Assembly: GCA_051651765.1 (NCBI GenBank)
Contig: JBOFSX010000214.1
Coordinates: 1,874 to 65,873, forward strand
Direction: 5' to 3'
DNA length: 64,000 nt
Source: Anaeroplasmataceae bacterium
GTDB lineage: Bacteria > Bacillota_I > Bacilli_A > Acholeplasmatales > Anaeroplasmataceae
Part shown: positions 1 through 9,450 of the stretch, one piece after another
Position numbering within the stretch: the first letter of the stretch is position 1
Layout: every line of letters starts with the position of its first letter
Notes under the pieces: model-generated
The model's database searches: none
The model's input: the letters and a program-made list of their open reading frames with translations, nothing else
Told to the model about the DNA's origin: nothing
Translations under genes and position numbers: made by a program

Positions 1-438
1 AGCATATGGTGTATTTGGATTCTCACCACCATTACCAATACAGAAATAGTTAACTTTGTCTTTAAATGTTCGACCTGCTGATACTGCTGCATCTCCAAAA
101 ATAGTATTTGAAGAATGAAGTGAAGCATAAGCTGGATCATCATCCATAGATGTTACAGGAGCATCACCAGATGTATTTACAGTTGGAACTGGAATTTGAT
201 CTGAGATTAATAAACGTTGTGTAGCATCTGGTAAAATACCAAAAGCTTTTTCTAACGTTGTTAGTCGACCTGCTAGTACTGTCATATTAGCTCTATGTTT
301 CTTTAATGAAATAATTGTATTTCCATCAAAATCTGTTAGAGTAATATCGGTTTTAAATAATGAACGTCTTGGTAAATCGAATTTAACTTCGTCATTTGTA
401 CCAATTCTATCATAATATCTTTCATGTTGTTCTGACAT
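1..438 (-). CDS. 5' part of an unidentified protein-coding gene (C-terminus lies beyond the window start)
   Basis: ATG at 436-438 on the minus strand, preceded by GGAGGA (revcomp of 444-449). The frame stays open to position 1 and begins MSEQHERYYDRIGTNDEV. It is missing from the ORF track only because it is truncated. G+C is visibly higher than in neighbouring genes. Confidence 0.6.
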   Translation of the reverse strand, partial: MSEQHERYYDRIGTNDEVKFDLPRRSLFKTDITLTDFDGNTIISLKKHRANMTVLAGRLTTLEKAFGILPDATQRLLISDQIPVPTVNTSGDAPVTSMDDDPAYASLHSSNTIFGDAAVSAGRTFKDKVNYFCIGNGGENPNTPYA

Positions 439-503
439 ATAGTCCTCCATAAGTTTTTTAAAAGTGATTTGATCATCACAATATAATGTTTAAGATAAGT
501 TTT

Positions 504-3500
504 TTAAACATCATCATCTTCCATATCTTCTCTTGTAGATATCTTTTCTTTATTCTCCATTTGCAAATCTTCTTGAGTAGGATCATATCCCATCTTAATA
601 GAATCAGAGAATATACTTCCAGATTCGATACCACGTAAAACATATTTCATAGGTCGATGTTTATAACTAACAAATGCTTGATATCCTTCTTCTCCTTCTA
701 AATAGTTATCTATGATAGATATACTATCTTTTCCAGATATAGTCGAATATTCAGATCTTTCATAATCTCTTATTATAGGAGATTCAAAATAAGCACCGGC
801 TATAAATTCACCTATACGTTTATATCTAGCTTTAATTAATTCATCTCTTAGATATATTACAAAACTTAAATCGTTTTCGTGCATAATATCTGTGAGTTTA
901 ATTTTTTCACCTTCATAAACATATTCTAAATAATCCTTCAAGAACTTTAGATTCTCACCCATATAAATTTTATCTGTAAAATTAACTACTTGATCTTCAC
1001 TAGACATCACATAATACAATATGATTCTTTCAACATAATTTTCAAATAGATCTTCTTTTACATATATCTTATAGAATGGTCTTTCATCATTTCTTTCTTT
1101 TACTTTATTCAAATGAATCTTTAGTGTTTCTATTTCCTCTATAGAGTATTCTTTATATAAGCCTTCTCCTGTGTATTTACCAGCTGATAAACTTAATACA
1201 TCTTTATAAAATATATTACCTTCTTTCGCTAGTAGAGTTTTTATTTTCATACATAAGTTGTATTCATTTTTATAATTACCTGATAAATTACGTTCGGATT
1301 GCTTTTGAATAAATAACAATTTATTTATTCGTTTGTTAATAAACACACCAAAATCATCTCTTTCATTTTGATTCATGTGCATCACATTGATATTCTCAAA
1401 ATCTTCTAAATCTTTCTCTTTACCCTCTATTTGTGTGGTGAGAGATTTGATCTTTTGTTTCTTCATCATTTCTAATAAATAAGTATAATCATATTGATCT
1501 TTTGAGATCTTGTCTGACATAATAGCCTTGCCTGCAAAATAATCATATAATATTTGCATATTGAAATGATAAAACATTCGAACCCTATTATATGGTTCAT
1601 CGCTAAGAGTTTGTGAATATTCAATCTTGTGCAAGTCTGTATAGATACTAAGAAATTCATTAAATAATAACTTTAAATCATTTAGATATTCTAATGAGTT
1701 TTCATCATCATCCGAATCAGCCGTTGATAATATAAGAACACCATTTGTAACTTCTAACATATATTCTTTAAATGCATCTAGCATACGACCATATGTTGCA
1801 AATACTACATCATAATCACCACTATCTAAAGAGAGCGATAAATAATTATAGAAGTCTGGACTATTCTCACTTATAACAGTATCGAATCTATCTCTATTAT
1901 CAAACATCACACTAAAGTAAGTATTCGTATGATTTTGTTTTAATATGTATTCCCAAGATCTAGCTTCAGGTAAAGATGCTGTTTCTAACCATTTTCGTTT
2001 AATAGCATCTATTATAGCAGCATTCTTATTATAGTCTGCAAAGATCTCTCCAATGGTAGTAGTCTCATCAAATGAAACATAAACGCTATTATAGTTAATA
2101 GCAGTGTTTCCATCTGATTTCTGATAATAAGGCCAAGCGGGATCTTCTGGGTTGGTATTTCTACTAGCTGTATCATTTACACCTAGTATATCTACAATCT
2201 TTATATCAGAGAAACCTTTTGGCAATCTTATAGTAGCTGGAGGTTTAAAGTTAGGATTATCAGACATCAGATTATTACCAGTAACATCTTCTACTAAAGA
2301 AGATACTCCTGAATCGTGTAATGCCATTACATTAGCGATATTCATATTATTTATTTGTATTCTCTCTGGTTCTGCCAAACCGTTCAAATACTGATTAAAC
2401 CAACAAATAGCTGCATATAAATCTATAGCTCTAATACCAAAAGATTCAAAATAAACAATATCTTCTACTAAGAAATTATCTTCACTTCTCTTCCTTATAA
2501 ATTGCCATAGTAAACCTAAATAGTTTTGCATTTTAACTTGTTTAGAATAAGAATTAACTGTAGATGAAATAGTAAGATATTTAGTTAATATCTTAGAGAA
2601 ATCCATTTGCATAAGTTCTTTTTTAAATAAGTCTTTGACTCTTGCTTTATCTGAAGAAGCCATGCCTGCTAAATCTCCACCCCATGTGTCATCATCTTCA
2701 ACAAAAGATGTATAGTTTTCAACACCCTCTTCTTGAGCATTAGTTCCTTTTCTAATTATTTTCTCTCTAAATACAATATCAACATTCTCTTCATAGATTT
2801 TATTAGTATCATATTTAGTTTGACCATCTGATCCAATAGGATAGATTTTATCTAAATAGTATCTCTTTATAGTTACCGAATCATCAGAAACTATATCTAA
2901 TATCTTTTCAATAATTTGCTCAGATCCTTTTAACTCAATTAAGTCAGGTATCTCTCTAATTATCTTTCTTAAAGTTCCTATCTTAACTTTCTTTAAACTA
3001 CTTAAGTTATACGAATCTAATATATCAAATATCTCTTGATCTGAATAATTTGCTAAAGCAAAGTTATCCATGAAACTATTAAAGAAACTAACAAATACAT
3101 CTTGTAGTAATAATACTTCCATAAGGAATGGATACATATTCATTCTATCACTATAACCCTCTACATACATCATTCTTTGCATATATATCTTTTTCTTATT
3201 ATATATCTCAAAAAACTTATTAAGTTCTATTTCAGACAATATAGTAGGATCGTAATCTATAATATCAAATTGCTCTGTATTTCTAACAGCATAAACAGAT
3301 TTCTTATCTACCATATATTTTATATAGTAGTATTCTGGATGCTCATCACGTATAGTATTAACAATACCTTCAATATACACATACTCATAAGTAAGTGGAT
3401 AATCAGATATATTAACTTCGTGTAAGTATACAAAATCACTATCAGCTGCAGTTTGTTTATCTTTATTTGTAACTTTTATTTCTTGTCCAATTCTAGGAAA

Positions 3501-3884
3501 TCCTAAGAATTGTGCATAATAAGTATTTCCTTCAACATAAGAAGAAATACGAACTCTTCTTAAGTATTTTAATAATCTTATAGCATCAGGATCATCTTCT
3601 AAAAATAGTTTAAAACAAATTTCTTTATCTAATAACTGTTTAGCTCTAACTGTATATGAAGGTATATCTGCACTGATACATGTTTCCATAGAATACTCAT
3701 ATGAGTATATATCATCATTTCCTTCATAAGCATATTTATAAGCTAACCAATTTAAATAAGTTTCTTTGGTTTCTTCTATATTAGATTCTGGCTCCATTTT
3801 TATTATCAATGATCTTAAAAACTTAAGAGTTTTATTAACTAATATTCTTCCCTCTCTCGAGAGAAAATAATTTTCAACTGCCAT
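504..3884 (-). CDS. hypothetical large protein (1126 aa)
   Basis: Long uninterrupted ORF with GAGGAG RBS upstream of ATG 3884. No Walker A, polymerase or RNAP motifs recognised. Confidence 0.85.
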   Translation of the reverse strand: MAVENYFLSREGRILVNKTLKFLRSLIIKMEPESNIEETKETYLNWLAYKYAYEGNDDIYSYEYSMETCISADIPSYTVRAKQLLDKEICFKLFLEDDPDAIRLLKYLRRVRISSYVEGNTYYAQFLGFPRIGQEIKVTNKDKQTAADSDFVYLHEVNISDYPLTYEYVYIEGIVNTIRDEHPEYYYIKYMVDKKSVYAVRNTEQFDIIDYDPTILSEIELNKFFEIYNKKKIYMQRMMYVEGYSDRMNMYPFLMEVLLLQDVFVSFFNSFMDNFALANYSDQEIFDILDSYNLSSLKKVKIGTLRKIIREIPDLIELKGSEQIIEKILDIVSDDSVTIKRYYLDKIYPIGSDGQTKYDTNKIYEENVDIVFREKIIRKGTNAQEEGVENYTSFVEDDDTWGGDLAGMASSDKARVKDLFKKELMQMDFSKILTKYLTISSTVNSYSKQVKMQNYLGLLWQFIRKRSEDNFLVEDIVYFESFGIRAIDLYAAICWFNQYLNGLAEPERIQINNMNIANVMALHDSGVSSLVEDVTGNNLMSDNPNFKPPATIRLPKGFSDIKIVDILGVNDTASRNTNPEDPAWPYYQKSDGNTAINYNSVYVSFDETTTIGEIFADYNKNAAIIDAIKRKWLETASLPEARSWEYILKQNHTNTYFSVMFDNRDRFDTVISENSPDFYNYLSLSLDSGDYDVVFATYGRMLDAFKEYMLEVTNGVLILSTADSDDDENSLEYLNDLKLLFNEFLSIYTDLHKIEYSQTLSDEPYNRVRMFYHFNMQILYDYFAGKAIMSDKISKDQYDYTYLLEMMKKQKIKSLTTQIEGKEKDLEDFENINVMHMNQNERDDFGVFINKRINKLLFIQKQSERNLSGNYKNEYNLCMKIKTLLAKEGNIFYKDVLSLSAGKYTGEGLYKEYSIEEIETLKIHLNKVKERNDERPFYKIYVKEDLFENYVERIILYYVMSSEDQVVNFTDKIYMGENLKFLKDYLEYVYEGEKIKLTDIMHENDLSFVIYLRDELIKARYKRIGEFIAGAYFESPIIRDYERSEYSTISGKDSISIIDNYLEGEEGYQAFVSYKHRPMKYVLRGIESGSIFSDSIKMGYDPTQEDLQMENKEKISTREDMEDDDV

Positions 3885-3896
3885 GTCATCTCCTCT

Positions 3897-4574
3897 CTAA
3901 TTATTTTTAAAAGATTTAACTCTTTCTTTTAAGAAGTCATATATACTCTTACCTTCACCTTTATCATAAAGATTACTCATATATAAATAATTTCTTAATT
4001 TATTTATTTCATAATAAGTTATAGAATCGCTATACTTAGTTATAAAACTCACTATATCACCTATAGCATGATCCATACTAACAAATGCATCTTTACCTAT
4101 TTTCTTTGCAGATATTATATCATGTGCACTCTTGCATAAAAATATAACCTGTATTAGATTATCAAAATGATCTTGCAATATCATATCAGCTATCAAAAAA
4201 GAATCTAATGGTTTCTTATTTTTAATAAAATGATTTAATACTATAGTAGTAATCTCTGCTAGAGAGAACACTGGTCCATGATGCATTTCTATTTTAGCCA
4301 TATCATCAGAAATATTGTTATATAATGCACAGTTCTTAGTAGCAGGTATATGCTCTTTCAAATAAGCTATATATGCTTTATAATCATTACTAGATCTAAT
4401 CACACGCTCTGTTCCCATTATAAACTCTCGTCTATCTTTCTCATCCAATAAATTTACATTACTTCGAACGTAAGAGAGGAATAATTTAGAGTTTTTATTC
4501 GGAGTTATAATAGTATTATCGTCTTTAGAAACAGATTTAAGATTTTTAATTATTTTAACCTTTTCATCACTCAT
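3897..4574 (-). CDS. hypothetical protein (225 aa)
   Basis: ORF with AGGAGAAAGGA RBS. An AACA-N6-TATA motif lies 20 nt upstream of the ATG. No motif recognised. Confidence 0.8.
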   Translation of the reverse strand: MSDEKVKIIKNLKSVSKDDNTIITPNKNSKLFLSYVRSNVNLLDEKDRREFIMGTERVIRSSNDYKAYIAYLKEHIPATKNCALYNNISDDMAKIEMHHGPVFSLAEITTIVLNHFIKNKKPLDSFLIADMILQDHFDNLIQVIFLCKSAHDIISAKKIGKDAFVSMDHAIGDIVSFITKYSDSITYYEINKLRNYLYMSNLYDKGEGKSIYDFLKERVKSFKNN

Positions 4575-4593
4575 ATCCTTTCTCCTATATTTG

Positions 4594-4607
4594 TATAAAA
4601 TAATGTT
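4594..4607 (-). promoter_or_regulatory. late-type promoter-like motif AACATTATTTTATA
   Basis: AAC-N-N6-TATA spacing class, 20 nt upstream of ATG 4574. Confidence 0.4.
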
Positions 4608-4616
4608 TTGTTTATA

Positions 4617-4653
4617 TTAAAAAACGAAGCAACCTCTAACTGAGGCTGCTTCG
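4617..4653 (-). terminator. rho-independent terminator
   Basis: 12-bp G+C-rich stem CGAAGCAGCCUC/GAGGUUGCUUCG (one G-U pair), 5-nt loop, then U6 on the minus strand. Downstream of 4804..5286. Confidence 0.8.
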
Positions 4654-4803
4654 AAAAAGGAGGTTGCCATCGAATGCGAAAAAACAAAGCATTATGACAA
4701 GAGAGGAGTTTATTCGATTATTAAAAGAATAAACATGAGTTAAAAGAAAGGACGTTAATCAGTTAACTCTGAACCTAATATAATGTTCTTTTGATATAAA
4801 AGT

Positions 4804-5286
4804 TTATTTGTAATTCTCAGAATACTTAAAAAATTTATCTATATTATCCGTCAGTTCGAATGGATCTACAAACACTCTATTGGTTGACACAAAATAGTCT
4901 TTTATAAACTTATTTCTATAGTTTGTACATTCCATAATCACTGAATAGGTTTTAGCAGATATATTATAATTCGAAAATGTTATTTTAAACTCTTTAAGAT
5001 CTAATCCGTCTCGAAATATAAATCCCCAATCTATTTCAAATAATATTCTTGGTATGTATATTTTGTCAGCTGGATTTAAAGAATGATGTATCTCCCGATT
5101 AAATACATTGTTACTGCACAGTATTTTTAAATTATACACTTGGTTGTAACCATATAGCTTTATTGCATTTGTAGTGTTATTTAATTTTTCCCAATGCAAT
5201 TCACAGTATATATTTCCAGGGGATCTTACTGATATATTAGGATCTTTTTCTTCTTTCTTTTTCTTAAAAAAATTAATAAGTTTCAT
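4804..5286 (-). CDS. hypothetical protein (160 aa)
   Basis: ATG 5286 with GAGGGA RBS is preferred over the track TTG at 5292. The gene is bracketed by terminators at 5337-5368 and 4617-4653. Confidence 0.7.
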   Translation of the reverse strand: MKLINFFKKKKEEKDPNISVRSPGNIYCELHWEKLNNTTNAIKLYGYNQVYNLKILCSNNVFNREIHHSLNPADKIYIPRILFEIDWGFIFRDGLDLKEFKITFSNYNISAKTYSVIMECTNYRNKFIKDYFVSTNRVFVDPFELTDNIDKFFKYSENYK

Positions 5287-5304
5287 AATCAATCCCTCAT
5301 ATTA

Positions 5305-5318
5305 AATATGAATATGTC
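5305..5318 (-). promoter_or_regulatory. late-type variant GACATATTCATATT
   Basis: xACA-N6-TAT between terminator 5337-5368 and ATG 5286. Confidence 0.25.
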
Positions 5319-5336
5319 TTGAGTAAAATAATATTG

Positions 5337-5368
5337 TAAAAAATATAGTGGGAGATTTCCCACTATAT
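5337..5368 (-). terminator. rho-independent terminator directly after the polymerase fragment
   Basis: Perfect 11-bp stem ATATAGTGGGA/TCCCACTATAT, 4-nt loop, then a T-run on the minus strand. Confidence 0.75.
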
Positions 5369-5372
5369 TATA

Positions 5373-7160
5373 TTATCGTTTTATAGAATCATAAAGTCCT
5401 TCGATCTTTTTAATCATATCTTCTACACTCGGTAAATCAAAATATTTCTCACCTATTTCAAATATAGAAGTCATTCTTGTTTGAAGTAGTTTATTGAACT
5501 CAGTAGGATTATTTATTTCTCTATCACCTACTTCTATTTTAATAATACGACTATGTATCGAATTCTTTGATATATTAAATGTGATAATAACACGAGGGTA
5601 CTCAGAAGCTTCGTCAAAGTCTACTACATCCTCATAAATATATCCAGACGAGTTTAATATACCACGACCTTTTATATTTAGATTTTCAGGAGATGCTACA
5701 ACAGCCCCGGTTATTTTCTCTTTAACATCATAAGTTACGTTATTTCCAATAATCTGTTTAGGATTTTGATCTCCATAAATACGATACATTTTATTCTTAA
5801 TTACATAAGAAATCTTTACACTAGTCTGTAATTTATTATTATCTGCAAAGATTATAAATCTATTAAAGTCGTCTGTAAATTCTTCTATCTGATGTAATCT
5901 TAATGTGTCAATCATGGAGTATGATAAGAAGATTTTAAAATCTTGATGTGCTAATTTTCTTATTGTGTATCCCATTTTATGAAAATCTAATTTACCATAT
6001 CCAGTTTCAGTTTCAGATATATCATCCAATTTATAAGATGATAAAATAAATCTTTTTCTCAATAATGAATATAATGCCATCATATCATAAAATTGACTAT
6101 AACCAGAAATATGTACCCAATCCCATAATCGTGATGGATGTGGAGCATCACCACCACCTCCGCCTCCAGCTGTAAACTTGGTGGTACGACGTTTAGAATC
6201 TTCTATATATTTAACATATCTAAATTGTTTAGGCACATCAGGGTGTGAGCATATATTTATTATATCCATTCCTAATTCTGTCATTCTACCAAATATATAA
6301 GGCATATCAAAATTCATATTCCATATACCTACAAAATCTGGTTTTGTCTCATGTACTAGATTCCAGAAACCCATTAACAGTTTCTCCTCAGAATTATAGA
6401 AATATGATACATATTTAATAGAATCGTCATAGGCATGAGGTTTAACATATTCGTCTAAGAACTTAGAGAAATTTTGTTCAACTTCATCTATTGCTTCATT
6501 TTCTGGTTGATTCTTTAAAGCTAATATATAAAGAGTATTTGATGGTTTATAGAAATATGATATCGAATTAATAGGTGCGGATTTATCTGATATATTCCAA
6601 TGATCATAGAACTGATCACATTCTATATCGGCAAATGCATGATTAAAACATCCGTGCTTATGATATACATCTCTACCATGATTTTCCATAAATAGATTCT
6701 TATAATAATCCTCTACATCAATATCACCCATATAAATCTTAGGTGAATTTAATATATGCTCTTGTACAAATTCTCGTTTATAATCAACTTCTCTATTTAT
6801 TGTATAATCAAATTGTCTACCTCGTCTACATGCATCATAAAACGAATCTGTTATATTTAATTTCTCAGCCATAGTCTTTTCTTTATCTGCATATTTGCAT
6901 CTTACTTTTTCTACATGATTAATATCAATACTCATACGTGGATACTGATATTGTTTTGAAAATTCATCTCTTACCATGTAAAAATCAATATGTGGACTTT
7001 CAATAAACTTTAATTCGGTTTCATTAGTTTTACAGTCTTTAATCATTATTTGCATAAAATCATTTTGTAATCTAACGCTTTTACCAGTACTAGCATCACG
7101 TCCCCATTTACCTCTACAATAAAAACTATTTAAGAAATATTTTTGTTCTTCGTCACTCAT
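5373..7160 (-). CDS. family B DNA polymerase, N-terminal fragment (3'-5' exonuclease domain plus palm motif A only)
   Basis: ExoI FADIECD, ExoII NMNFDMPYI, ExoIII YSMIDTL, motif A DFDEASEYPRVIITFNIS. No motif B (KxxxNSxYG) or motif C (YGDTDS) before the stop. Start overlaps the upstream gene stop (TAATG). Confidence 0.8.
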   Translation of the reverse strand: MSDEEQKYFLNSFYCRGKWGRDASTGKSVRLQNDFMQIMIKDCKTNETELKFIESPHIDFYMVRDEFSKQYQYPRMSIDINHVEKVRCKYADKEKTMAEKLNITDSFYDACRRGRQFDYTINREVDYKREFVQEHILNSPKIYMGDIDVEDYYKNLFMENHGRDVYHKHGCFNHAFADIECDQFYDHWNISDKSAPINSISYFYKPSNTLYILALKNQPENEAIDEVEQNFSKFLDEYVKPHAYDDSIKYVSYFYNSEEKLLMGFWNLVHETKPDFVGIWNMNFDMPYIFGRMTELGMDIINICSHPDVPKQFRYVKYIEDSKRRTTKFTAGGGGGGDAPHPSRLWDWVHISGYSQFYDMMALYSLLRKRFILSSYKLDDISETETGYGKLDFHKMGYTIRKLAHQDFKIFLSYSMIDTLRLHQIEEFTDDFNRFIIFADNNKLQTSVKISYVIKNKMYRIYGDQNPKQIIGNNVTYDVKEKITGAVVASPENLNIKGRGILNSSGYIYEDVVDFDEASEYPRVIITFNISKNSIHSRIIKIEVGDREINNPTEFNKLLQTRMTSIFEIGEKYFDLPSVEDMIKKIEGLYDSIKR

Positions 7161-8176
7161 TACATATCCTCACCATATTTAAAATACTTATATACAATAT
7201 ATAAGATACAACCAGAAGTGATCAAACCTATACCAGCATAGATATTTGAACCTACTTCTTTTGAAGTAAATACAATTTCTTTAGGTTTTATTTTGAATAA
7301 CTCTGGATAAGTTACTATAGAGTTATAATCATTCTTCAAATGAAACTCTATACCCTTTTTAATATTTTCATCTACAGTTACTAATTCTTTTGAATCTTTC
7401 TCAATAAGACCTATATCTTTTCTAAATGAAAAAGCTTCTTTAATCTCAAGATTTATAACACTATTATTTAATTTTATTAATATTTCTCTTACATGCTTAT
7501 TAATAAAGTTTTCTTTCTTATCATTACTATCAATTGGCAAGAAATGTACCGGAGATGTATCTTCGATAAAATCTATCTTAAATGTATCACTAACTTTATT
7601 TGGGTATAAGAATTCGCTTGTATCATACATCGTATCTAAATCACTATAGAAACGAAATTCATTATCTATAGCACATACAGGTCTTTCTTTTATAAACTTC
7701 TTAAATAAGTCCGTTACTATAAAATAAGAATCACTGTATTTAGCATCTATAGAATATGAAGATGGTAATAATGTCTCTGACGATCTTATATCATCCATAT
7801 TCATTTTCATAAATGATATCGGTGAAAGCGAACCAAATATTACTGGTGAATAATGTAACTTGTCAATCTTTTTAGATATAGATTCCATATTGATAAACTC
7901 TATACTTCTACTATATACTTCATCATCAGCATATATTCGTTTTACATATTCGAATACATTCACATTAATAGGTCTACTCATTATAACTGGTTCGAAATCA
8001 CCAGTCTTATTATTTACAAAGATCTGCATTAATAATATAGATTCCACATTATATTTATTAAAACTGTTAATTAACTTAACCATTTTGGTTATAAATTTCT
8101 TACAATCTTTTCCTTCATATTTCATAATAACTCCATAATATAATTTTATTCTATTTCTAAAATATAATATATACAT
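7160..8176 (-). CDS. hypothetical protein with C-terminal membrane anchor (338 aa)
   Basis: ATG 8176 has AAGGAG 6 nt upstream, while the track start at 8194 lacks an RBS. C-terminal hydrophobic helix NIYAGIGLITSGCILYIVY. Confidence 0.75.
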   Translation of the reverse strand: MYILYFRNRIKLYYGVIMKYEGKDCKKFITKMVKLINSFNKYNVESILLMQIFVNNKTGDFEPVIMSRPINVNVFEYVKRIYADDEVYSRSIEFINMESISKKIDKLHYSPVIFGSLSPISFMKMNMDDIRSSETLLPSSYSIDAKYSDSYFIVTDLFKKFIKERPVCAIDNEFRFYSDLDTMYDTSEFLYPNKVSDTFKIDFIEDTSPVHFLPIDSNDKKENFINKHVREILIKLNNSVINLEIKEAFSFRKDIGLIEKDSKELVTVDENIKKGIEFHLKNDYNSIVTYPELFKIKPKEIVFTSKEVGSNIYAGIGLITSGCILYIVYKYFKYGEDM

Positions 8177-8189
8177 GCAATACTCCTTA

Positions 8190-8203
8190 AACATTTATAT
8201 ATC
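8190..8203 (+). promoter_or_regulatory. late-type promoter-like motif AACATTTATATATC
   Basis: AACA-N6-TA, 27 nt upstream of ATG 8228. Confidence 0.4.
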
Positions 8204-8227
8204 ATATTCCCAAAAAAGAGGTTAAAC

Positions 8228-8896
8228 ATGGCTACAAGCAACAAATTAAAAATCAATTCACAATTTTTATTATACACTACTTATTCTACTATTAACAACC
8301 AAAAGGTAAAAGTAGTAGGTGTATTAAATTATGATGAAGCACAAGCAATACCATACTCTATTAAGAGTTTGGCTATAAACGAAAAAGTAATAGATTTAGA
8401 GAATGGAGACACTGAAGGATACTTAAAAGATCAATTGTATTTTCATTGTATAGTAACAGATTCTAATGGTGATACATCTCCTATATTAGTATGGGACGAT
8501 ATTATTGATGTAAACAAAACAACTATGCTTTCTGTAACTTATACTTATAGTTTAGCACTAGAGGTTAATTCTGATGTAATCTCTAATCTTCCAACTATTG
8601 AGAATAGTATTACTACATTTATTAATAATACATATAATTCAACAGTTAAACCTACTCTTATTTCTTATGGCATGGAATCTAATACTACAGACAATACTAG
8701 TAGAGAATTGGCTATGTATAAAGAACTATTTGAAAGTGCAAAAGCATTAGCAGATAAAATGAGTACATTAAAACAAATTGAAACTTTGATCAATTATTTT
8801 GCTAAAGATGATATGTACGCTAAAGTTACAGGTATATCAGAATCTTTATCATATATTCAAGATACAGTTTCTTCTATATCAGAAATGATAAGTTAA
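8228..8896 (+). CDS. hypothetical protein (222 aa)
   Basis: AAGAGG RBS, and a strong terminator immediately downstream. Confidence 0.8.
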   Translation: MATSNKLKINSQFLLYTTYSTINNQKVKVVGVLNYDEAQAIPYSIKSLAINEKVIDLENGDTEGYLKDQLYFHCIVTDSNGDTSPILVWDDIIDVNKTTMLSVTYTYSLALEVNSDVISNLPTIENSITTFINNTYNSTVKPTLISYGMESNTTDNTSRELAMYKELFESAKALADKMSTLKQIETLINYFAKDDMYAKVTGISESLSYIQDTVSSISEMIS

Positions 8897-8897
8897 T

Positions 8898-8932
8898 AGA
8901 ACTGCCCTTATATAAGGGCAGTTCTCTTTTTT
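8898..8932 (+). terminator. rho-independent terminator
   Basis: AGAACTGCCCTT / AAGGGCAGTTCT 12-bp stem followed by CTTTTTTG. Confidence 0.85.
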
Positions 8933-8951
8933 GTAATAAAGGTGTATGGAC

Positions 8952-8980
8952 AATATATATTATTAAGTGAATAAGAATAA
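8952..8980 (+). promoter_or_regulatory. early-type promoter-like motif (ATATATTATTAAGTGAATAAG)
   Basis: One of 6-7 copies of ATATATTATTA-N2-4-G(A/T)(G/A)TA found only in front of small self-terminated cassettes. Lies about 90 nt upstream of ATG 9056. Confidence 0.5.
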
Positions 8981-9055
8981 TAAAAATGAATAATAAAAAT
9001 ACTATCGTTGATAGTAAAATTCTAAATCCAACTCTTATTCAAAAAGGAGTCAAAC

Positions 9056-9409
9056 ATGGACGTGTTGACAAACTGTACAAGTATATTCAAATCCTACCGA
9101 AAGGTAGGGACCGATGAAATCTCTGTAACGGAGACATTCGAGTGTATGCTCGAAAAACCAGGACTTTTCAAAAGAAAAGTCGACGTTCATTTTGTAAAGT
9201 ATGACGACGACCTTAATGTCGTAGAACATCAAGTTGCCACCTTTCGAAAGAAAGGTGAGTCTAACTTCGTTGTAAGAACAACAAAGGACGATAAGTCCTA
9301 TTTCGATATGGATGATGGTAATCATAAAATCCATATCGAATTACCAAAAGGTGTGGCTGGCGTCTTGTCAGCTACATTATACAATATGACTAGAAGTTAC
9401 GGCTTCTAG
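9056..9409 (+). CDS. hypothetical small protein in an early-type cassette (117 aa)
   Basis: AAAGGAG RBS, ATATATTATTA motif upstream and hairpin terminator downstream. Sampled lines are 24/60 G+C against about 16/60 elsewhere. Preferred over the antisense ORF 9050..9334. Confidence 0.8.
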   Translation: MDVLTNCTSIFKSYRKVGTDEISVTETFECMLEKPGLFKRKVDVHFVKYDDDLNVVEHQVATFRKKGESNFVVRTTKDDKSYFDMDDGNHKIHIELPKGVAGVLSATLYNMTRSYGF

Positions 9410-9416
9410 TCATATT

Positions 9417-9450
9417 AAATAACCACCCCTTACGAGGTGGTTATTTTTTT
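9417..9450. terminator. bidirectional terminator hairpin between convergent genes
   Basis: AAATAACCACC / GGTGGTTATTT stem plus T-run. Lies between 9409(+) and 9449(-). Confidence 0.75.

Noticed and set aside
1472-3425. Track ORFs 1472..1660(-), 2152..2394(+) and 3177..3425(+) inside the 1126-aa gene
   Set aside because: They are embedded in or antisense to a much longer ORF. They have no RBS, and their products are low-complexity, Ile/Leu/Phe-rich translations typical of AT-rich antisense frames.
4575-5372. Group I/II intron (with an endonuclease ORF) interrupting the DNA polymerase gene
   Set aside because: A canonical terminator follows the polymerase fragment directly. The downstream ORFs contain no PolB motifs B or C to serve as exon 2, and I could not recognise intron core elements. 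This cannot be fully excluded without RNA data.
6148-6170. G/C-rich run (CCACCACCACCTCCGCCTCCAGC) in the polymerase gene as a slippery or frameshift site
   Set aside because: It simply encodes a GGGGGG linker in frame. There is no alternative frame of significant length downstream.
7860-8138. Track ORF 7860..8138(+)
   Set aside because: Antisense to 7160..8176, with no RBS and a low-complexity product.
9050-9334. Track ORF 9050..9334(-), antisense to 9056..9409
   Set aside because: The plus-strand ORF has the RBS, an upstream promoter-like motif and a downstream terminator. The minus ORF has none of these.
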